Both the position numbers and the translations under genes were made by a program. This document shows positions 26,783-38,336 of a stretch of 64,000 bases of DNA, piece after piece (position 1 is the first letter of the stretch; each line of letters opens with the position of its first letter). This DNA comes from Octopus sinensis (taxonomy: Eukaryota). The stretch covers positions 17,794,001 through 17,858,000 of the forward strand of contig NC_043009.1 of the NCBI RefSeq assembly GCF_006345805.1, written 5' to 3'. The notes below the pieces were generated by a model that did no database searches, was not told the origin of the DNA, and was given only the letters and a program-made list of their open reading frames with translations.

Positions 26783-27210
26783 TTTATTATATAGAAGGAG
26801 CTTCTACAGGACTAGTACTGTTTCATTCAAGAGAAATCTTCAGGAAGCTATTTAACAAGAATTGTATTAGCATTTTACATTTAGGCAGGTTTAGAGGAGT
26901 GGTGGTGGGGGACTTTTTTGGGGGTAGGCATAGCGCAAAATATCATACTTGGGGGAGTGGTCAAGGAGTCGTGGTAAGTTAGATGAAGGAATAGATAAAT
27001 AAAAAAAAAAAATAAAAAATAAATAAAGAATAAAAAATAAAAAATAAAAAATAAAAAATAAAAAATAAAAAAAAAAAATAAAAAAATATAAAAAAAATAT
27101 AAAAAAAATAAAGAAATAAAATGTGTGCACATACATACATAAACACATATACATACACACACACATACTACACATGTGTGCTATACATACCTACACATAC
27201 ACACATACAC

Positions 27211-27279
<69 letters not shown>

Positions 27280-27702
27280 ATCAATACAGGCCCATTCCCT
27301 AATTTTAATTTTATTATCTTCATTTATTACTTTTGTTATCTTTGATCGCTAGGGCTAAGGATCTGGCGATGGCAGCATGTCCAATCGTCTGTCTACTAGA
27401 AGGCAAGTACTCGTTCCCGCACGCACACTCATTTGCACGTACATACACCCATTCGTACACTCATACACATACACGTACGCACGCGTTATATCATACATAC
27501 AAACATCTACATACGTTCACGTATATACACATACGTACTCGTACTACAGATTCATGTCTACACTTTAGGAGGCTAGTCTATATATATACACCAGTAAATA
27601 TACATATATATATTATAATATATACATATATATATATATATACACATATACACTACACACACACACAACACATATATATACTCCTACATACAGATACATA
27701 CC

Positions 27703-27733
<31 letters not shown>

Positions 27734-28669
27734 TGTGTATATATATGTATGGGTATGTATCTGTATGTAGGAGTATTATATGTGGTGTGTGGTGTATGTG
27801 TATAGTGTTATATATATATATATTATATAATATATATATATATGTATATTTAGGTGTTTATATATAGAGACTAGCCTCCTAAAGTGTAGACATGAATCTG
27901 TAGGTACGAGTACGTATGTGTATATACGTGAACGTATGTAGATGTTGTATGTATGAAATAAACGCGTGCGTACGTGTATGTGTATGAGTGTACGAATGGG
28001 GTATGTACGTGCAAATGAGTGTGCGTGCGGGAACGAGTACTTGCCTTCTAGTAGACAGACGATTGGACATGCTGCCATCGCCAGGATCCTTAGCCCTAGC
28101 GATCAAAGATAACAAAAGTATAAATGAAGATAATAAAATTAAAATTAGGAATGGCCTGTATTGATTGTGTATATATATATATATAGATATATATATATAT
28201 TATATATATATATAATATATATAATATATCTAATATATATATTATACGTATGTATGTGTAGTGTGTAGTGTAGGTTGTATAGGCACACATTGTACGTATG
28301 TGTGTGTGTATGTATATGTGTTTATGTATGTATGTCACACATTTTATTCTTTATTTTTTTTTATATTTTTTTTATATTTTTTTATTTTTTTTTATTTTTT
28401 ATTTTTTATTTTTTATTTTTTATTTTTTATTTTTTATTCTTTATTTATTTTTTATTTTTTTTTTTTATTTATCTATTCCTCATCTAACTTACCACTGACT
28501 CCTTGACCACTCCCCCAAGTATGATATTTTGCGCTATGCCTACCCCCAAAAAAGTCCCCCACCACCACTCCTTTAAACCTGCCTAAAGTATAAATGCTAA
28601 TACAATTCTTGTTAAATAGCTTCCTGAAGATTTCTCTTGAATGAAACAGTACTAGGTCTATATAATAAA
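26783..28669. repeat. ~1.9-kb near-perfect palindrome (foldback), centre in a TA run at ~27725
   Basis: 26812-27710 is the reverse complement of ~27740-28655 with scattered indels; flanked by (TA)n on both sides. Confidence 0.9.
26799..26849 (-). ncRNA. Type I hammerhead ribozyme (intact core, GUA site)
   Basis: agcttc-CTGAAGA-t ttc tctt gaa t-GAAA-cag tactagtc ctg-TA-gaagct: 6-bp stem I, 3-bp stem II, quasi-palindromic stem III. Confidence 0.75.
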
Positions 28670-28799
28670 AAAAAAAAATATATATATATAATATTATATA
28701 ATATATATATATATATATATATATTGTTTAATGAGCAGAGTATATATTTTATGAGCTACAGAACAGTATAATATATATATGTATACATGAATGTATATA

Positions 28800-28930
28800 T
28801 ACTGGAGTAAGCACATAAATGTGAAACAAGGTGGAAAAAAGAGTACTCAAATACTCAAATATGCTTTATTAAAAGCAGTAGAAATATCACAAAAACTGTT
28901 ACTCAGAGTAACATGTTCCTGTTCGTTGAG
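28800..28930 (-). mobile_element. Family A hammerhead-tail element, decayed ribozyme
   Basis: actggagtaagcacataaatgtgaaacaaggtggaaaaaagagtactcaaata...gctttattaaaagcag...aactgttactcagagt; same as 46750, 56654, 56834, 57215, 61077. Confidence 0.65.
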
Positions 28931-31138
28931 AGCAATGTGAGGTGGAGTGTTTTGCTCAAGAACACAATGCATCACCCAATCCAGGAACGGAAACCGTGAT
29001 CTCACAATCATGAGTGCAACAGCATAACGACTAGGCTATGTATCCTCACACACATACACAATGTAAATATCTATGTGTGCATGTATGCACATATCACTCT
29101 CATCCTCTTCATCATTTTTTCCATGCTTGCATCGATTGAACGGAGTATTTTGAGGGAAGAATTTCTCTGCCTAGATGCCCTTCCTGTCACCATCTGTCAC
29201 CTGGATCCAAGCAGGTTATTATTTCTCCATGGCAGGAGATTTTTTTTGCTGAATATTACAAACAAAGACAACATTTGTATGATAATGACACTCATATACA
29301 ATTATCACATGATGTCAAGAAAAGGAGGCACAAGTACACACACACACACACCCATGCATTTATATATTTATATCTAAGTATAAAAAACAACATTCAGCAA
29401 CAATAATAATTTATCAGCATCAAAGGTTGTAGGATTTGCTCATATTGAAGTTTGGTAAGCTGAAAAAAACCCACAGTTAGTATCTAGGATTGCTATGAAT
29501 GTGAATTGAAGGAATGTGAACAGGTAACATCCAGGCTACATATGTACTCAGCTAACTACTCATCAGGCCAAAGAAACCATAGATATATAAAGGTTACACA
29601 CATACACATATACACATATATACGCACACATGTTTGTGTGTGTCAGTGGGTACAATAAGCTTCTTTCAGTAACTGTCTACTAGATCCACTTGCTAAGTTT
29701 TGGTTGACCCAGGGCCATAGTAGACTGACTCAAGGACTGAATGACAACGGTTGAACCTGAAGCCATGTGATTGGGAAGTAGATTGCTTAGCTCTACAACA
29801 ATGTTTTCACCTATAAAGTCACTGTGCAAATATTGTTTGCTTGTACAGATAACCTGGGCAAGCAATCCTAGAACTGTCCTGGAATGTCTTGAAATAATAA
29901 TGTCTTGCAGTATTAAAGGTATGAATGCTATCAGGAAAAGGTGTTCACATTAGAAAAGGTCAGAATGATATGGAAAGAAGACGGAGTGAGGATGGAGCTC
30001 AGAGACTGGGCTTTATGGCTGAGGTGTGAAAGGATGGTAAAAAGTTGCAGTGTATTTATACAGCACAGCCAAATAACTTTTGCCAGCATGGAGAAATAAT
30101 TGATTATGATTATGATGAATATATGTATTTGTGTGTATATGTATGTGTAGTAATTAGAATTATAATACCATATCTAAAGGTTTTGTCTCTGGATGACTTA
30201 GTAGATGAAAAGGAATAATGAATATTGGTTTGAAATTTTAATCATGTAATTTGTGAATTAGTATATCTCATTCTCTTTAGTACTTTTCAGATCATGTTTC
30301 ATGGCAGTAACTTTTGTCAATACAGCAAGAATGAACTTATGATTTTGAATTGCATGAGTGGGTGTACAGCTGACACTCTCAAAAGAGTAAACTTCAGCAT
30401 ATTTATACTGAAGGCAATGATTGAAGCAAACCTGTCAAATATAAACTCCAGCCCTTCATGAAAGCAAACAGAACCAATATACAATATGCATAGAAAATTT
30501 ACCCCTTCTTGTGTCCTAAAAACTGCACTCAAAAGTAGAAGGATAAATTATTTCTCCTTAAATGAAACTACCTCAGAAACAACAATGATTTTTTACAAAT
30601 ATCTGGTATAAAGAAAGGAGTGTGTGATTTCATTTGTTTTAAAACATTTTCTTTCAAGAAATATATGGAGCCATATACACAGAATAACAGAACCAGGAAA
30701 AGAAGAAATCATTTGCTTCAACCCACTCTATGACTTCACTGTAGTGTCCAACAGAGTTAGAAATTTTGTTACATTACTTAGGAAGCATTTTCCTATCAAA
30801 CACAAGTATTACAAACTGTACTATAAAAGTAATATAAAAGTTAGCTACAGCTGTATAGAAAAATACTGTTAGATTGAAGCAATAAAATTTAAGTACTGAG
30901 ATCAGGACAAATTTAAATAAACCACCAGAACACAGCTGCAGTAACACAATAAGCTGGTTGTCATAATAAAAGTCAGAGTTTTAGATGCTGGGGTTGAAGT
31001 CTGCTCTAGCATCTCATCAGAACCAGATTATATTTATAGATAAATTCCTCTATTTTACATAATATCAAGGTCTCATTCATTCTATTGTTGTCATATTATT
31101 ATTATTGATATACATATATATTATATATATAAAAGGTA

Positions 31139-31552
31139 GAAGAGTGGCTGTGTGGTAAGTAGCTTGCTTACCAACCACATGGTTCTGGGTTCAGTCCCAC
31201 TGCATGGCACCTTGGGCAAGTGTCTTCTACTATAGCCTCGGACCAACCAAAGCCTTGTGAGTGGATTTGGTAGACGGAAAATGAAAGAATCCTGTCGTAT
31301 ACATGTATATGTATATATATATGTGTGTGTGTGTTTGTTTGTCTGTGTTTGTCCCCTCCAATATCCCTTGACAACCGACGTTGGTGTGTTTACATCCCCG
31401 TAAATTAGTGGTTCAGCAAAAGAGACCAATAGAATAAGTATTAGGCTTACAAAGAATAAGTCCTGGGATCGATTTGCTCAACTAAAAGGCAGTGCTCCAG
31501 TATGGCCACAGTCAAATGACTGAAACAAGTAAAAGAGTAAAAAAGTAAAGAA
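31139..31552 (+). mobile_element. Full-length tRNA-derived SINE (family 1)
   Basis: A box tggctgtgtggtaag, B box gggttcagtccc, internal TA/TG microsatellite, tail tgactgaaacaagtaaaagagtaaa. Confidence 0.85.
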
Positions 31553-31609
31553 TATATATATGTGTGTGTGTGTGTGTGCATGTATGTATGTATGTATATA
31601 TATATAGAC

Positions 31610-31975
31610 ATGCAGTGTCTGTGCAAGACCCTGCCTCAGTAAAGCTGGACTCAAGAGTCACCTTCGTAGTCATAAAGCGAGACAGATGAGTGACAACCTG
31701 GCCACTGGTGGTGGTGTTACACACCATACTAATCATATCTGTCAGGCATGTGGAAGAGAGTGTAATTTGGCAGGAGGACTTAAACGACATGCAAAGGTAC
31801 ATGAAGCCCAGTTACAACTACAACCGGCTATTGCTGGTAAAGGTTTTAGCTGCCGATTCTGTACAAGACATTGTAGATCTTTAGCTGGGCTAAAAAGTCA
31901 CATTCGATCACAGCACCAATAACAGTTAAGCTTTGTGCAATGGCCATACTAGATAACGAGGGGGCAGCCATCATA
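31610..31975 (+). mobile_element. RTE-like LINE 3' end with two C2H2-type fingers and (TA)n tail
   Basis: ORF 31686-31922: HICQACGRECNLAGGLKRHAKVH and FSCRFCTRHCRSLAGLKSHIRSQH; ends gggggcagccatca(ta)n. Confidence 0.65.
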
Positions 31976-32316
31976 TATATATATGTATGCATGTATGTAC
32001 TGACAAAGATTTGGTCAGCCCATTCTTATAATAGACGTTAGTTGCCCAGGGTACTGCATAGTGGAACTGGACCCAAGAGAAAAGCTTCTTAGCCACACAA
32101 CCATACATATAGATAGATAGTTATATGTATTGAGAGATATAGCTCTATAGATATATGTATGTGGCTTTATATATATATATATATATATATGTTTGTATAT
32201 TTGTATGTATATTTGCGCGTATATACTTGTGTATATATATGTACATACATTTGTATATATATACCCATACATATACAAACTTACATGTGCATGTTTATGT
32301 ACATATGTATACAATG

Positions 32317-32355
<39 letters not shown>

Positions 32356-32560
32356 ACACATGCGCATGCACACACACACACTCACAACACAACACAACTA
32401 TACATGAATATCATTACAATCAGATGAGCCTTCAGTTACACTAATACTTGGAAATGTACATAATGCAAGCAGTACATAGACAGACAGACAGACACATACA
32501 CATATATATTCTGCAGGTAATTAATATTTTACTGAGTTCTTGTATTGACCAGTTGTTTAA

Positions 32561-32681
32561 GTAGTAGTAGTAGTGGTGGTGGTGGTGGTGGTGGTGGTAG
32601 TAGCAGTAGTAATAGTAGTAGTAGTAGTAGTGGTAGTGGTGGTGGTGGTGGTTGTAGTAGTAGTAGTAGTGGTGGTGGCGA

Positions 32682-32716
<35 letters not shown>

Positions 32717-32717
32717 A

Positions 32718-32754
<37 letters not shown>

Positions 32755-32777
32755 GGTGGTGGTGGTTGCAGTAGTAA

Positions 32778-32809
<32 letters not shown>

Positions 32810-32843
32810 TTCGTGGTGGTGGTGGTGGTGGTGGTAGTAGTAG
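32561..32843. repeat. Compound (GTA)n/(GTG)n microsatellite
   Basis: Direct inspection; explains the poly-S/G, poly-V and poly-H/Y ORFs. Confidence 0.95.
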
Positions 32844-33559
32844 TTTTTCCTGTTGTTATAAGTATTCTGGTTCACATTTGATAAATTTCAATGGGATACT
32901 TTACAGGATTTGTAAGGGTTTGCATATGTATGTTAATATGAATTTATATGAAAGCTATTTTACTGACCTGTAAGCAAGGCCTTGTCCCTGAATGTAGCCA
33001 TGAACTGCAGTTTCTCAGCAAAAATCCGAGATTAATTACGGCCTGTTAATGACCATTCCAAAACTCTGTTGTTTTGCCAATAATTTAGGGAAAATCACTA
33101 ATATTTACCTCACAGTGAGACTATAATATGTAGCCTGTCAGAGAAATGAGCCCTGCAAGGTGAAGTGGCTGCTGCAACAGATGGCGCTGTCCATTCTCTG
33201 TAGCAATGCCATCATGGTCATCATCACAGGGCACTTCTGAGTACACCATTTGTTCTGGGGTACGTGACCCATCTTCCCCTCTTCTATCTTCTGCTACTTT
33301 AACCCCCTCCACTTTTTTCTTTTCTTTTTTTTTATCTCTTTTTTTCTTGCTTCTTTGTATTGAAATATAAATAACTAGAGACCAAAATTAATTACCAAAT
33401 TAAATGAAAGGAATAAGTGAACACAGAAAAAGAAAAACAAATTAAGTTAATATAAACTATTACAACACAGAAAACTCAACCAGTTATGAACTTTATATGC
33501 TTCAAATACATCAATATTCATTGGTCTGCAAAATCATTTAGTTTCTGTGCTGAGTGATT

Positions 33560-33830
33560 GAAAGATGAGCAATAAGAGCGAATTGTATGATGCATATGTT
33601 CAAACTGCGATGTTGCATGGTAGTGAGAGGGAGGTCTTAAATGCAGAAGAGGTGAGAAGTACAGAAACAAATGAGGCAAGCATGTTTTAATGGATGTGTA
33701 ATGTTAGTATGCATGAACACCAATGTGCAAATAAGTTGAGAGAAATACTTGGTATAAGAGGAATCAATTGTAGTGAGCAAGAGAGAAGGCTGCACTGGCT
33801 GGGAATGTGATGCATATGGGTGGGGACAGA
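33560..33830 (+). mobile_element. Old RTE LINE fragment
   Basis: LYDAYVQTAMLHGSE...NEASM.*WMCNV, homologous to 4030-4270. Confidence 0.6.
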
Positions 33831-34220
33831 ATCTGTTGAGGCAGATCTTCTATGGCCAGATACCCTACTGTTGTCAACCCTTACCTTCTTCCAAGCACTA
33901 TGCCCAGACGTGTTTCTACAGAATGTTGGAGATAAATGACATTCATTTACAATTACAGAATGTCAAGGCAAGCCAACAAACACACACACACACGCACACA
34001 CACACATACATACATACATGTGTATGTATGTATGTATATATACATATATGTAAAGGGCTTTTATTTTCCAATGTCTACCAAATCCAGTTGCAAGGCTTTG
34101 GTCGGCCAGGACTACAATAAAAGAAACTTGTCTGAGGTGCCACAATGGGACTGAGCCAAGTCTGAACCTTTAACCATGCCTGCACCTATAGCCTCCTCCT
34201 CCTCATCACCACCACACCAC

Positions 34221-34256
<36 letters not shown>

Positions 34257-35198
34257 TTAACATCTATATCCCATATTGCCTTGGTTTGATTGATTTGACA
34301 TGGTCTAATGAGTTCAAACGACTGTCTTGCCCCAATGTCTCCTTTGATATGGTTCCTATGACTGGATGCACTCCTTAACACCAACCATTTCATGGCCTGT
34401 ACTGGATGCCATTTTATAGTTGCTTTTTTTTTTGTATCAACACTAGAGAGTTCACCAAACAGACTGAAAGACTAAAATCCCTTTCAACAGAAGGGGTTAT
34501 AGGGCAGAGGGAAAGGGTGTTATGCTATGGAATAAGGATTTAAAGTGAGACAGAGAGGTCACAATAAAACAAGTTTCTTGGTGTAGGGGGGGGGGGCTAC
34601 ACAGCTGCTCATGTTATAGAAGAGAGTGTGGGAGTGGTCAATGTGAAGCTGAAAGCGATAAAAATAATGGTGTGGTGGTGTCTGGGTGGACCTTCAAGAT
34701 ATAAGGTGAGTAGAAGTGGGTAGAGACAAGAGACCAGGTATTATGTATGGTAGAGGTTGCATACTTCAGAGAGTGAGAGATGGTTGCAGATAGGGAATGG
34801 ATGAGGAAGTGAATATTATGACCAAGTCCTGAGGAAGAATTAGATGCTGACTGAAGAAATTGGGAAATGTTAAGGGGTTTGAGTGATAACCAATGATGTA
34901 TGGGTTGGAGAAAGTAGATGACTGATGGTGCAGAGAAGGGCACCAGATGTGGAAGAGAAGCAGAATATTGGTCTCAAATTTTGGCACAAGGCCAGCAATT
35001 TCAGAGGAGGGGATAAGTCAATTATATCAACCCCAGTGTTCCACTGGTATTTATTTCATCAGCTCTGAAAGGATGAAATGCAATGTTGTCCTCAGTAGAA
35101 TTTGAACTCAGAACATAAAAAAGTGGATGAAATACCACTAAGCATTTTGCCCAGTGTGCTAATGATTCTGCCAGCTCACTGCCTTCGAGCAACAAAAT

Positions 35199-35233
<35 letters not shown>

Positions 35234-38200
35234 TAAAACAGACAGGGGAGGAAACAGATAAGATGTGAGAGGGGGGAGATGATATGTGGTTAAGCAGGTT
35301 ATAAGAGTTTGGGGCAGAAGTAATCAATGGGGGAAGGGGTAAATGTATGATGGTGGAAGAGAGATGATTTGGTGACTCTGATGTGCAACTATCCTGCAAT
35401 GTCAAGACAAGGGGGCACAAACACACACATAATGGGGCTTCTTTCAGTTTCCTCTCACCAAGCCTTAGTTGACCCTGGACTATAGTAAATGATACTGGCC
35501 AAAGTATCATACGTTGAGCCTGAACTTGGAACTGCATAGTTGGGAAGCAAACATCTCAACCACACAGCCATGCCTGTACCTATATATGTATATTTATATT
35601 ACAAATATATGTATACACTTTGCATATATATATATGTGTATATATCACAAAACTTCTCTCTTTCGTGTCTAGCAACATTTTTCAACTTATGGAATCAAGA
35701 ATTATGATTTAATGTATGCTTAAACCTTATCCAGGAACAAAGTTTAACAAGGTCTTTGTCTTTATGCCATTATCGGTACCATTGTTCTGACAATGAATCG
35801 GAAAGGTTCCTTGTCATGAAGACAACACATGAAATGAAATCTAACACAAAGAATTCATATCAGACAGCTGTTGGATGTTTTGGAGGTGTGATTGGAAAAA
35901 GCTTGAAATTACAAAGTCAGGAAAAGAGGACAGAGGACCATTAACAGTCAATCAAAGATATTGATAGGATTCTCTGATGAAAGAGGGTCATTTCAAAAGT
36001 TAGCTAAAAACTGGAAGTTTAGGAAGTTAACAGCATTGTTACAGTAATGGTAACAATATATGTAGTTTGCATGTGCAATAAAAACCATGACCTGGTGCAC
36101 GTATGCAGTAGTGACAACACAGTGCAAATATACAGTGGCAAATGCCGTTATGTACAAATGTGTAATAACAGACATGCATATATGTGCATAGCAACTGCAA
36201 GATAGTGCACATTGCATACTGAGTAATATCAACTACAATGTGATGTATGTTGTATACAGTGTGATGTTCATATAGATGTGCAACAATAAATGCGAGTGGG
36301 TGTGTGCATGTAACAGCAATTACAATGTGATCCACATTTTCAGCATCAGCTTCAATGTGCTCAGCGTATCCCCTAACAACTACAATGTAATGCACATACA
36401 GGATAGAAGCCTGTGTTATGCACATGCGTAATAATGATTATAATAAGTTTTATATATACATGCCATAGAAAGTATTATGTGTTGCTTATATGCAATAACT
36501 ATTATGAGGCAATGCATATGGGCAATATTAACTGAGGCCCAGGGTATAGGAGCAAAAGCAAGTACTGTGTGAGGCCCAAGTTCATTTCAGTGTGGGTTAT
36601 ACCTTCTCTAACTTTTGTTTTATTATTGTTTATTAATGATCTTCAGATCTTTATGTTTTGAACATCAGAGACTCAAAATTTGAAAAGAAAAAAATTTTAA
36701 TTAAATTTTTTTTTTTAAACAATATAAAAAAAACAGATTTTTTTAGAAGTCAATAAGGAACCTCAATCCATTAATTTCTGAATGGAATTATATATTGATT
36801 GCATGGATAAAGAACACGAATATCTTGTAATAGATGTATTAGTTTTGCAAAATAATAAAAGTAAGTGTATTCAGTAATGTGAACATTAAGTATTGTACTG
36901 TTTGACTTTAGGAAAATTTTAAAATGCTGTTGTTTCAATTTACTAAGACTGAAAATGTAATTATAAATGCCAACAAAATTTATTTATACACTTCAAATGC
37001 AGGCAGAGTGTGTTTGTATATGGAAAAAAAGCACAAACTGTAACTGTTATGTTCATATATGCACACGTTACAAAAAAAACCCCAAAAAGATAAAGAAATC
37101 CCCTAAAAACAGTTTCTGATTTTCAAAAAATTCCAAGGCAAGTGGGGATTACAATATCCCACTTTAATGAATAAACACCACATGTGATGTACATGTGCAA
37201 TAGCAACTATCATGTAGTAACCATTTATTCCAGTAAATCACTGAGGTGTGGCAAGAGCTTAATTTCTTCCTTGAGGGAATACTTTGAGTTACCAATACTC
37301 TATGGCAAATGATTAAATTCTGTATTGAAATAACTCAACATCATCTCAAGGAACTAATCACAGAAAAAAGAATGAAAGTTCCTGGATCTGCTAATTGAAC
37401 ATCACACCTTTGCCATCCTACACCTGTATTAGACTAATGACTGGAAATAAAGTAAAACCAAAGCAAACCTCACAGTATTTATGGTCAGCCTAGGAAAGAT
37501 CCTCACAATTGAGGTAATGGAAGAATCCTGCTGTAAAGTATTCAGACCAGAATAGACACGCTTAATCTAAATGTAATATGGGAGTATGAAAGACAACATG
37601 AATGCTTTGAAGTATCAATGTGTCAGTGTGTTAGGTGATGGATGAATTTCTCATGTATTGCATAGTATGATCACTCTCACAGAAGATGACTGTATCAGTG
37701 TATTAGAATATGAATGTCTCTATGTGATGGCAGATAAATAACTTATGAATGACTGTTTTAATGTGTTTGTGTATGAATGCATCGATGTGTTGGAAAGTGA
37801 ATGACTGCTTCAATGCATTAACAATGAGCTACGGTTTGAAAAGGACAAGCCACAAATTTATCCTCCAATGGGTCGATCTTAAACAGGCAACTCTGGGTAT
37901 ATCCAAAAAGCTGTGGCAATCTTCCTATTATTTTAATGTCAGTGTGTAATCTGAAAATATTTTTGATTTAGTAGTGTCTTGATACTCATCTGTACCCTAC
38001 CTCACCTTAGCTAAGGACCATATTATACAGTTTAACATGCAATGAGGAATTCTACGGGTTATAGTGAGATCGTCTGAACACACTACACTCTTGTTACTAT
38101 CTGTTTTATTCTTGTACACCCATATTTTCTAGGCTTTTGGCCACAGAAAAGATGTGGGAAGTGGATTCAGTCAGAACATAATAGTTACTGTCCATCATTG

Positions 38201-38305
38201 CTTATTGCTTGGTGTACATCCCATAACAATGTCTGGGGCCAGTGAGCCTATTGACTTGTTAGAATATCTGTGTATCATCATCATCATCACATCATCATCA
38301 TCATC

Positions 38306-38336
<31 letters not shown>

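Noticed and set aside
27333-28115. Duplicate ORFs MLSLIARAKD.../MAACPIVCLLEGKYSFP on both strands
   Set aside because: A consequence of the palindrome; they run into low-complexity sequence with no protein-like features.
30968-31024. Minus-strand CTGATGA with 6-bp stem II (gatgct/agcatc)
   Set aside because: TAAA instead of GAAA and no stem I; at most a relic.
36039-36425. 128-aa minus-strand ORF
   Set aside because: Degenerate TGCA/ACAAT-rich minisatellite-like sequence with no recognisable domain.
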